From Spirochaetia bacterium (lineage in GTDB: Bacteria; Spirochaetota; Spirochaetia; SZUA-6; Bin103), in the NCBI GenBank assembly GCA_965243555.1, contig OZ251575.1, forward strand, positions 3,685,880 to 3,749,879: a stretch of DNA of 64,000 nt, in the 5' to 3' direction. Under the pieces are notes generated by a model that worked only from the letters and a program-made list of their open reading frames with translations, was not told the origin of the DNA and did no database searches. Made by a program: the position numbers and the translations under genes. Positions 29,829 through 38,700 of the stretch are shown piece after piece (within the stretch, counting starts at the first letter, position 1; each line of letters begins with the position of its first letter).

Positions 29829-30217
29829 ACGCCGAGGTCCTGTTTCTTATTGGCCGGTTGATGGCGGCGTTGATGTACCTGCTGCTGGGGATCAGCCACT
29901 TCGTGCAACTGCCCGGCCTGATTGACTACGCGGAGTCGCGGAGGGTGCCGCTGCCGCTGTTGACGGTGCCGCTGACGGGGTTGGCGCTGATCTCCGGCGC
30001 GTTGTCGATCGGCCTCGGGCTTTATCCGCGGGCGGGGGTGATCATCGTGGTCGCATTCCTGCTGCTGGCGGCTCTGGTGGCGCACCGGCCGAGCCCGCAG
30101 GACGACGAACGGGAATGGCACCGGGAGACGTTCAACTTCATGCGCAACATGGCGCTGGCCGGCACCACCCTGATGCTGCTGGCTACGCCGGAGTGGCCGT
30201 ACGCACTTACCCCGTAG
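29810..30217 (+). CDS. DoxX-family membrane protein
   Basis: 135 aa with four predicted transmembrane segments and a DoxX-like pattern. The start may be the GTG at about 29825. Confidence 0.6.
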   Translation: MGTERVNAEVLFLIGRLMAALMYLLLGISHFVQLPGLIDYAESRRVPLPLLTVPLTGLALISGALSIGLGLYPRAGVIIVVAFLLLAALVAHRPSPQDDEREWHRETFNFMRNMALAGTTLMLLATPEWPYALTP

Positions 30218-30266
30218 TAAGCGGGGCCACCGGTAACGGGAACGCGGCGCCGGGCCGGCTTGAGGC

Positions 30267-30608
30267 TTAGCGCGATTTCAGGCGGCGCGCGCCGCGGCGG
30301 AGCAAGCTGCCGACGAAGGAGATGCCGCCGGCGGCGATCAGGGCAATCCCGCCGACATGTACCAGACTCTGGAGCAGGGAGCCGAACAGCAGCATGATGC
30401 CGCCGCCGGCGACGCCGTACCATCCCGCACGGCGTATTTCGGGGCGGGTAAGGACGGTCCACAATCCCCATCCGACCGCCACCGCGACCAGAATCGTGCG
30501 CGACACCGGGTTCAACAGGATGCCGTTGAACAATAGAATGGCCAGTCCGCTACCGGCCAGAAACAGGGGGCCGGGGATTTCCCGCGCCAGTTGCCGCTGC
30601 TCATCCAT
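30267..30608 (-). CDS. Small membrane protein (hypothetical)
   Basis: 'MDEQRQLAREIPGPLFLAGSGLAILLFNG...' is hydrophobic (3-4 transmembrane segments). It is the C-terminal part of the long track ORF 30267..31970. Confidence 0.4.
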   Translation of the reverse strand: MDEQRQLAREIPGPLFLAGSGLAILLFNGILLNPVSRTILVAVAVGWGLWTVLTRPEIRRAGWYGVAGGGIMLLFGSLLQSLVHVGGIALIAAGGISFVGSLLRRGARRLKSR

Positions 30609-30640
30609 GGAGCAAAGGTACCCAACCGGCGTCGCTACGG

Positions 30641-31408
30641 CTACCGGCGGCCGGCGCGGCGCCTCAGCTCCGCTCCGGTCACGCTCGGACACCAGAACTG
30701 CTCGATGTAGCTCACCGCCAACTCCAGGCCGGCGGCGTGGCTGACGTAGGGCGGCCGCGCCGGGTTGTACATGCAGTCGGTCAGGTCGCGCACCAGGTAG
30801 ACCGGCATCCCCCAGCGCACCATCTGCTTGATGGCGAAGCTGCGGTCGAGCACGCACATGTTGGTGTGGACGCCGGCCACCAGTACGGTGTCGATGCCAC
30901 GCTGCCGGTAGCAGGCCAGCAGCTCGCACCCGTCGTCGCTGATGACGTCGCGCTCGGGATCGATCCGGACGCCCGGATGCTGGCGCGTCCAGCGACGGGT
31001 GCCGCCGGGCGCCGGGTCGCCGCCGGTGTCGGAGGAGTCGCGGCCGTCGATCGGCTGCGGCGGGTCCGGGTGTGGCCGCTCCTCGGGGACCGCTACCGGC
31101 GGGGCCTGCAGCGCGCGCCGGCGGGCGGGATGGTCCGCGTACCACTCCATCGTGTCCGAGGGGGCGTGCACCACCAGCATGCCCAGGCCGCGCGCCGCGC
31201 GCGCGGTGGCGTCGATCTGCGGCAGCAGCAACTCCAAGCGCTCCTCCGCGCCACGGCACCAGTGCCGGTCCCAGACGTCGCACAGCAGCAGCGCCGTGCG
31301 CGCCGGCTGCAGGGCGAGCGGTTCTTCGCGCAGCCGCCAGCCGCGGTAGCCGCGCTCGTCCAACGTCAGCTCCCGGCGCCGCGCAGTGAGTTGCAGTCGC
31401 GTCTCCAT
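30641..31408 (-). CDS. Isochorismatase-family cysteine hydrolase
   Basis: 'LLLCDVWDRHWC', 'MLVVHAPSD' and 'VLVAGVHTNMCV' fit the D-K-C triad layout of isochorismatase-like proteins. Confidence 0.7.
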   Translation of the reverse strand: METRLQLTARRRELTLDERGYRGWRLREEPLALQPARTALLLCDVWDRHWCRGAEERLELLLPQIDATARAARGLGMLVVHAPSDTMEWYADHPARRRALQAPPVAVPEERPHPDPPQPIDGRDSSDTGGDPAPGGTRRWTRQHPGVRIDPERDVISDDGCELLACYRQRGIDTVLVAGVHTNMCVLDRSFAIKQMVRWGMPVYLVRDLTDCMYNPARPPYVSHAAGLELAVSYIEQFWCPSVTGAELRRRAGRR

Positions 31409-31592
31409 GGCGCGGAGCGTACCACACCGCCGCCGGCTCCTGCCGCGCGGGCGCTCGCCCCATGCATCGCGGGAGGGTGGGGGCTGTCTGGCGCCGGTCC
31501 TCCCGCGCGGGGGCTCGCCCGCTCGCCCGTGCGGCGTTGTCAGGCGCGCCGGCGTGTGGCATGGTGCGCAGCCGTGGCGGTCGCGGAGCACC

Positions 31593-32411
31593 ATGCCTGA
31601 GCTGCCGGAAGTGGAGACCACCCGGCGCGGCATCAGGCCGCACTTGGTGGGGCGCCGCGTGCGGGCCGTGGTGGTGCGCCAGCGGCAACTGCGATGGCCG
31701 GTGCCGGCGGAGTTGGAGGCCGCGCTGCCGGGCCGCGCCATCCGCGACGTGGGGCGGCGCGCCAAGTACCTGCTGCTGGAGACGGCGCCGGCCGGCATCG
31801 TGCTGCTGCACCTGGGGATGTCCGGCAACCTGCGAATGATTCCGGCGCCCACCCCGGCCGCCAAGCACGATCACCTCGATCTGGTCCTGGACGACGGCCA
31901 CGCGTTGCGCTTTACCGACCCGCGCCGCTTCGGCGCCTGCCTCTGGCAACCGCCGGGCCGCGCCCTCCATCCGCTGCTGAGCAAGCTCGGCCCCGAACCG
32001 CTCGGCCCCGAGCTGACCGCCGACTACCTATACGCCCGCGCCCGCCGCCGCCGCAGCGCCGTCAAGACGCTGCTGATGGACTCCCGCATCGTCTGCGGCG
32101 TCGGCAACATCTACGCCAACGAGGCGCTGTTCCGCGCCGGCATCCACCCATTGCGCGCCGCCGGCAACATCTCGCGCCGCCGCTACGCCGCCCTGGTGGA
32201 GGAGGTGCGCGCCGTTCTCGAAGCGGCGATCGTGGCCGGCGGCACTACCCTGCGCGACTTCCGTGACGCCGGCGGCCGGCCCGGCTACTTCCGCGCCCGG
32301 CTGGCGGTCTACGGGCGCGCCGGGGAGCCGTGCCTCCGTTGCGGCAACGCCGTAAGGTTGGTGCGCGCCGGGCAGCGCAGCACCTACTACTGCCCCCGTT
32401 GCCAACACTGA
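31593..32411 (+). CDS. mutM: Formamidopyrimidine-DNA glycosylase
   Basis: 'MPELPEVETTRRG' N-terminal Pro catalytic start; H2TH 'GVGNIYANEALFRAGIHP'; C-terminal zinc finger 'CLRCG..YYCPRCQ'. Confidence 0.9.
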   Translation: MPELPEVETTRRGIRPHLVGRRVRAVVVRQRQLRWPVPAELEAALPGRAIRDVGRRAKYLLLETAPAGIVLLHLGMSGNLRMIPAPTPAAKHDHLDLVLDDGHALRFTDPRRFGACLWQPPGRALHPLLSKLGPEPLGPELTADYLYARARRRRSAVKTLLMDSRIVCGVGNIYANEALFRAGIHPLRAAGNISRRRYAALVEEVRAVLEAAIVAGGTTLRDFRDAGGRPGYFRARLAVYGRAGEPCLRCGNAVRLVRAGQRSTYYCPRCQH

Positions 32412-32430
32412 TGGAGCAACGGGAGCAACG

Positions 32431-33411
32431 ATGAAACAGGTTCGGTTGGGCCGCGGCGGCCCGCAGGTGAGCCGGCTGGCCTACGGTTGCGCGGCACTCG
32501 CCGGTCCGTGGGAAAGCGGTGAGTTGACCGCCGACCGGCGGCGGCAGGCGCTCAGCGCGCTCGAAGCGGCGCTGGAGGCGGGCGTCAATCACTTCGATCT
32601 GGCCGACGTCTATGCCTACGGCCGGGCCGAGCAGGCATTCTCCGCCATCTGGGAGATCGATCCTGGGCTGCGCTCCCGCGTCGTCCTCCAGACCAAGTGC
32701 GGGGTGGTGCGATCGCCCGCGGACTCCTCGCGCGCGGGGACCTACTACGACTCAAGCTACGATCACGTCCTGGCCGCGGCGCGCGGCAGCCTCAAGCGGC
32801 TGCGGGTCGAGTATCTCGATCTCCTGGTAATGCACCGGCCCGACGTACTGATGGAGCCGGCGGAGGTGGCGGCGGCGTTCGAGCGCCTGCACGCCGCAGG
32901 GGAGGTGCGCGGCTTCGGCGTGAGCAACTACGCGCCGGGCCAGGTCGAACTGCTGGCGGCGGCGCTGGACCGCCCGCTGCTGGTGAACCAGCTCCAGGTG
33001 AGTCTGGCCCACCCCGACCTTATCGACGACGCCATCGTGGTGAACGACGCGCTGCCGAACCGCCCGGTGCGCGGCTTCGGAACGCTGGCCTACTGCATGC
33101 AGGCCGGAATCACCGTGCAGGCGTGGGCGCCCCTCGGCGCCGGGCGGCTGGTACGGGACGACGAGGCCGGCTCGGACTCCCGGCTGCGCGCCATGCGCCG
33201 CGAACTGCGGGAGGTCGCACAGCAGCGCGGGGTGCCTCCTGCCGCGGTCGCCATCGCCTGGATACTCCGCCATCCCGCCGGAATTCAGCCGATTCTTGGC
33301 GGCCGCACCCCGGCCGAGATTCGCGAGGCGACGCAGGGCATCGCCCTCGCCCTCACCCGCAGCGAGTGGTACCGCCTGTTCAACGCCGCCCGCGGCGCCC
33401 CGGTCCCATGA
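32431..33411 (+). CDS. Aldo/keto reductase
   Basis: 326 aa. 'LGRGGPQVSRLAYGC', 'VNHFDLADVYAYGRAE' and 'YLDLLVMHRPD' are classic aldo/keto reductase motifs. Confidence 0.85.
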   Translation: MKQVRLGRGGPQVSRLAYGCAALAGPWESGELTADRRRQALSALEAALEAGVNHFDLADVYAYGRAEQAFSAIWEIDPGLRSRVVLQTKCGVVRSPADSSRAGTYYDSSYDHVLAAARGSLKRLRVEYLDLLVMHRPDVLMEPAEVAAAFERLHAAGEVRGFGVSNYAPGQVELLAAALDRPLLVNQLQVSLAHPDLIDDAIVVNDALPNRPVRGFGTLAYCMQAGITVQAWAPLGAGRLVRDDEAGSDSRLRAMRRELREVAQQRGVPPAAVAIAWILRHPAGIQPILGGRTPAEIREATQGIALALTRSEWYRLFNAARGAPVP

Positions 33412-33461
33412 GCGGCGCCACGAGGTCCTGCGGCACGTGCAAAAGCGCTGCTGTCGCGCGG

Positions 33462-33592
33462 CTGTTGATTGGTGTATCATGGGTCTAACTATGATCAAGC
33501 CGGCAGCGCTGCATGATTCTCGTACCTTGCCGTTCCGTCGGTCGCCGATACCGGCGGTCAACGTGGCCCGCGTTACGGAGATGATCTCGTGA
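33462..33592 (+). repeat. Inverted-duplication copy 1: remnant of a Dam-gene promoter and 5' end, encoding a 33-aa peptide 'MIKPAALHDSRTLPFRRSPIPAVNVARVTEMIS'
   Basis: About 120 bp are homologous, in inverted orientation, to 43775-43890. The 22-bp perfect core cgataccggcggtcaacgtggc lies at 33546-33567. The peptide aligns with the N-terminus of the Dam methyltransferase ('MRGGPAAPADARTAAFCRSTIPAVNVAAV'). Confidence 0.55.
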
Positions 33593-34749
33593 GGGAGGTC
33601 TACCTGGACTACAACGGCTCGGCCCCGCTTGATCCTCGCGTCGCCGCGGTTATGGTACCGATCCTGACCGACGAGTCAGGAAATGCCTCGTCCAATCACC
33701 GGTTCGGCCAACGCCAAGCGGCGGCAGTAGACGAAGCGCGAGAGCAAGTCGCTGCCCTGGTGGGCGGACGCCCATCGGGCGTCGTGTTCACCGCTGGCGC
33801 CACCGAGTCCAATAACCTGGCGCTCCGAGGCATCGTTGAGGGTTCTCCCGTCGATCGTCCAAGGATACTGGTCTCAGCGGTCGAGCACGCGTCGGTACGC
33901 GAGGCAGCCCGGCGGCTCGACGAGCAGAAGATGGCGAAGCTGGGCGTCATCCCTGTGGATGAAGGGGGAGCTGCCGACGTGGACGCATTGGAGTCGATGA
34001 TCGGCCCTGACGTACTGCTGGTTTCCGTGATGGCCGCCAACAGCGAGACCGGAGTGCTGAACCCGGTGGAGGAAGTCGCGGAGCTGGCGCATTCTGCCGG
34101 GGCGCTGTTCCATTGCGACGCGACGCAGGCAGTTGGTCGCTTGCCTTTCGACCTGGAACAGGTCGGCGCGGACTTGGTATCAGTAAGCAGCCACAAAATA
34201 TGCGGCCCGATGGGCGTAGGAGCCCTGGTCGGCACTCGCCGTGGGCTGCAACGGCTGCGTCCGATCATCCACGGCGGCGGACACGAGCGGGGGCTGCGGT
34301 CAGGTTCATTGAACGTCGCCGGCATCGTCGGGTTCGGCGCCGCGGCCCACATCGCTGCCGAGGAACGAGACTTCGAGGCGACGAGGGTGGTCACACTCCG
34401 CGACCGGCTGACGTCCGGCCTCAAGTCGGCGCTCGCAGCCGTCGTCGACGTCGGAGACCCGACGCGCAGGCTCCCGAACACCGCCAATCTCCGTTTTGTG
34501 GGTGCCGACGCGGACGCTGTCGTAGCCAACGTCGACCCTGTAGCGGTGTCAGCAGGCAGCGCCTGCAATTCCGGTGCGATAGAACCGTCCGAGGTGCTGC
34601 TTGCCATGGGAATCGCCCGCGACGCGGCCTTCGAGACGGTCAGGTTCAGCTTGGGACGCTTTACGACCAAAGAAGATATCGACTATTCAATCGAGCGGAC
34701 CGTGGCGGCCGTGAATCGTGTACGAACCATGACCCGGGAGTGTGCGTAG
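33589..34749 (+). CDS. Cysteine desulfurase (IscS/NifS/DndA/SspA-like, PLP-dependent)
   Basis: 386 aa. 'VYLDYNGSAPLDPRV', 'FTAGATESNNLAL', 'SVSSHKICGPMGVGAL' (PLP lysine) and the catalytic 'SAGSACNSG'. Its stop directly abuts the next gene's ATG. Confidence 0.85.
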   Translation: MREVYLDYNGSAPLDPRVAAVMVPILTDESGNASSNHRFGQRQAAAVDEAREQVAALVGGRPSGVVFTAGATESNNLALRGIVEGSPVDRPRILVSAVEHASVREAARRLDEQKMAKLGVIPVDEGGAADVDALESMIGPDVLLVSVMAANSETGVLNPVEEVAELAHSAGALFHCDATQAVGRLPFDLEQVGADLVSVSSHKICGPMGVGALVGTRRGLQRLRPIIHGGGHERGLRSGSLNVAGIVGFGAAAHIAAEERDFEATRVVTLRDRLTSGLKSALAAVVDVGDPTRRLPNTANLRFVGADADAVVANVDPVAVSAGSACNSGAIEPSEVLLAMGIARDAAFETVRFSLGRFTTKEDIDYSIERTVAAVNRVRTMTRECA

Positions 34750-35727
34750 ATGCGGCTCACTGACGCCGCCAGGCCGAAATTCGCCAAGCATGAGACGTTT
34801 TACCCTCACTACGGCTGGTTTCGGAAGGCGTACTCCGTTGTAGCGGACGACCCTGATATCTTTACGGCCGCCGACGCTCCCGTACAAATCGGAGTCGGCA
34901 AGAACATGGTCCGAGCAATCCGTTTCTGGGGACGTGCGGCTAAACTGATCGAGGAGGCATCCGCCCCCTCGAGACGCCGGTCCTCAAGCATGGCCCCGAC
35001 TGACTTCGGTGAACAAGTCTTCGGTGACACCGGGTGGGATCAGTACATGGAGGATCCGGGGACGCTGTGGCTGCTGCACTGGAAGCTGTTGGCCCGTCCC
35101 TGCGATCTGCCGGTATGGTGGCTGGCATTCAACGAGTTTCACGCAGTCGAGTTCACCGAAGATCAACTCGAAGAGGCGGTGGTACTTTATCTCGAAGGAG
35201 TGTCGGATTGGACGATCCCGAAGCGATCCTCGATTAGAAAGGATGTCAATGCTCTGCTGCGGACCTATACCGCAGCCCACCGCGCGCGCCGCATCGGAGT
35301 AGACGATAGACTCAACTGCCCGTTGCGAGAACTGAACCTGATAGGACGGTCAGTATCTGTTGATGGTTACCGTTTCAGCGTCGGGCCGAAACCCACGTTA
35401 CCATCGAAGATAGTTGCCTACGCCGTGCTCGACTACGTCGTACGCACCGGAGGCAGAGGAAACACGATCACGATCGCTCGCCTGACCCATGAACGGGGTT
35501 CCCCCGGGAAGGTGTTCAAGCTCAATGAGCCAGATCTGCTGGCCGCTCTCAGGCCGGCGATTGACGATTCGGAGGAAATCTCTCTGACCGTTACTACCGG
35601 AGCGATTCAGTTTTCATGGAACGGAGAACCGGAGAATATCGCGACAACGATTCTCGACAGATACTACCACCCAGACACCCCACATGAAGGCGCTCAGGCT
35701 GGCATTCGAGTGGTGACGAGCCGATGA
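34750..35727 (+). CDS. DUF4007-family protein (SspB-like, phosphorothioation-associated)
   Basis: 325 aa. The N-terminal 'FAKHETFYPHYGWFRKAY' matches the ETF..R.GW..K signature I recall for DUF4007. It is translationally coupled on both sides (ATGA overlap with the next gene). Confidence 0.55.
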   Translation: MRLTDAARPKFAKHETFYPHYGWFRKAYSVVADDPDIFTAADAPVQIGVGKNMVRAIRFWGRAAKLIEEASAPSRRRSSSMAPTDFGEQVFGDTGWDQYMEDPGTLWLLHWKLLARPCDLPVWWLAFNEFHAVEFTEDQLEEAVVLYLEGVSDWTIPKRSSIRKDVNALLRTYTAAHRARRIGVDDRLNCPLRELNLIGRSVSVDGYRFSVGPKPTLPSKIVAYAVLDYVVRTGGRGNTITIARLTHERGSPGKVFKLNEPDLLAALRPAIDDSEEISLTVTTGAIQFSWNGEPENIATTILDRYYHPDTPHEGAQAGIRVVTSR

Positions 35728-38700
35728 CGGTACTTGCGGATCACGTCACTGTTGCCGGTCGATTCGCTCGCTCGGCGAACCTCGAACGCGATGCCGGGCG
35801 GGCGGAGCCACTTGACGGATACGTGGTAACTGCACGAGCTCTTGATGCCGTGGATCGGATTGCGTCCGTTGCCGCCGAGGGGCCGGCGGGCGGCGCATGG
35901 TCCATTACCGGGCCGTACGGGTCTGGCAAATCGTCACTGGCACTTTTGCTCAATGCCGCCTTCGGTCCTCCGTGCGGTACACGAGAGATTTCATGGAACC
36001 TCATCGACCAGGTTTCTCCAGAGGTAGGGGAGCGAGTTCGGCAAGCCCATCAACGCCACCGAACCCGTGGAGCCGGGTTCCATCGCGCGTTGGTCACCGC
36101 CAACCGTGAGCCCCTCAATCACACCGTGCTCCGGGCGCTCCATGCGGCGGTCGTGTGTCGGTACGGCAAGATACCGCGCTCAGACCGATTCCCGGCGGCT
36201 GGAACGTTGACACGCGCCCTCTACGAAATGGCCGGGAACGATCCGAGCCGTACTGGCCCTTCTCCCACCGCGCTGGTCGAGATCGCGCGATGTCTGGCAG
36301 AGAAGGCACCCCTGTTGCTGATTATCGACGAGTTCGGCAAGAACCTCGAAGCCGTTGGAGACGGCCGCGGCACCGATCCGTATCTGCTGCAGCAACTGGC
36401 CGAGGCAGGTCAAGGAGCCGGGCTTCCCATCTTCGTGCTCACCTTGCAGCATCTGTCTTTCGAAGACCACGTGATCGGCGCAGACGATCCTCTGCGCCGA
36501 GAATGGGCCAAGGTGCAGGGCCGATTCGAGGACATCTCCTACGTAGACACCGCCCCGGCGACACGAGCCTTGATCGGTACGGTATTCAAGGTTGCCGACG
36601 ATAATCTCAGACACCGGATCAACTGTTGGGCAGTTCGGGCAGCCACGGAGATGCGGATACTAGGCGTCGCCGATCTAGCGGACCCGACTACGTTAGCTAC
36701 TTGCTATCCCCTGCATCCTCTCGTAACGATGGTTCTACCCGAGCTGTGCAGCCGCTATGGACAGCACGAGCGCACGTTGTTTTCTTTTCTCGCTGGTTCT
36801 GAGTCGGCGACTGCGGCGGCATTCCTTAAGACCACAAAGCTTCCGGCCGATGCTGATCTGCCTACCGTGGGCCTCGATGTAGTCTATGACTATTTTGTCG
36901 ACAGCGGTGTGCTTGCGCCGACTTCCGCGGGACGGTCGAGCCGATGGGCCGAAATCACTACCCGTATTCGGGATACTCACGGTCTTTCGACGCGGCAGTT
37001 GCGGATAGTCAAAACGGTCGCGTTGCTCAATCTGGTTTCGGTCGCCGGAACGATTCGCGCATCCTCCCGGGTGCTCGCTCTTGTCGATACCGAGGTTGGC
37101 GCGACGCTCGCGGCTCTTGACGAGGCCGGTATCGTTACCTATCGAGAATTCGCCGACGAGTACCGAATCTGGCAGGGGACGGATATCGACATCCGCCGTC
37201 TACTTGAATCCGCTGGCCATCAGGTACAGCGGCAGTCACTCGCGGACATTCTGCCGGCCTTGGACCGGCCTGGCCCTGTCGTGGCTGCGCGCCACAGCGC
37301 TGAACGCGACATACTCCGAGTATTCGCTAGGCGCTATGTCGAGGGTTCCGAGTGGGTCAAGCCACTTGACCCGTTTTCTCCCTACGACGGTGAGGTGCTG
37401 CTCGTCGTCGGATCAGGTGGGGCGACTCCGGCTGCGACGTGGACGCCCGGCACGGCAAAACCGGTTGTAGCAGCGATACCTGCCGACTTAAGCGCAGTCG
37501 ACCGCGCCGCGCGAGAGGCTGCGGCAGTCTCTGCTGTGCTGAAAGATCCTTCCGTCCAGGCCGACAGAGTCGCTCTGACCGAGATGAGCGAACGATTGGC
37601 AGAGACAAAGACCGCGGTCGAACATGAGCTCTCTGTCGCGTTCAGCGTTAATCCGTGCCGTTGGGTCTTGCTCGACGCTTCGGGCAATCAGCCATTGAAT
37701 AGCGGCCGCGGTACCGCCCCTCTCTCAGACGCGGCTGACCTTGCTTATCGTTCTACACCACAAGTACGCAACGAGATGCTCAATCGCGCTGAGCTAACGT
37801 CTCAGGGCGCGATGGCCCGGCGCCTACTGTTGGAAGGCATGATCGAGCGAGGCTCCGAGCAGAACCTCGGGCTTACCGGCTATGGCCCGGAAGTCGCCAT
37901 GTACCGAGCGTTCTTGGAAAAGACCAGACTTCACAGAATCGACCCCCACACCAAGACGATGGTATTTCGTAAGCCCAAAGACCCCTCCCTTCAACATGCT
38001 TGGGCGGTTGTAAAGAAAGCATTTAGAAGCGCCAGGACAAGCCGCATCAACCTTAACAACGTCTATGCATCCCTGTTGTCGCCGCCGATTGGGATGAAGC
38101 CCGGAGTCATTCCCGTATTTGTTACGGCGGCATTGCTCGTATTCAATGACGAGGTAGCTATCTACGAGCATGGAACCTTCAAGCCCTTGCTGACGCCCGA
38201 GATGTCTGAGCGAATGGTCCGGAACCCCGTCCACTTTGAAGTAAAACACTTCGCCAACACGACAGGAGCCCGTCGTCAGGTCATTGATGCGCTTGCCAAG
38301 GAGCTCGGTGTTCGGCCGGGATTCCGCAAGCATCGAGTCGCGAATGTGCTCTCTATCGTTGGGCACTTGGTGTCACGCATGAGGCACGTCGAGAACTATA
38401 CCTTGCACACATCGCAACTAGACTCAACAGTACGGACTGCGCTTGTGGCGGCCGTCGAGCCAGACAAACTGCTATTCTACAGCCTTCCGGATGCACTTGA
38501 GTTCCCCTCGGTGCCACCCAGTGCGAAGGTGTACATCTACGCCGAACGGTACGCCGCCGCAGTCCGAGCGGCGATCGATCACCTTACGCAGTGCTACCGG
38601 CGACTTCTAGAGAGTCTCCGCGATCTTTTCTTCGAGACGTGCGGCGAGACTGAACGAAGGGCGATTACCGGGCAAGCGGTCGCAATCGAGAAGGAGGTCT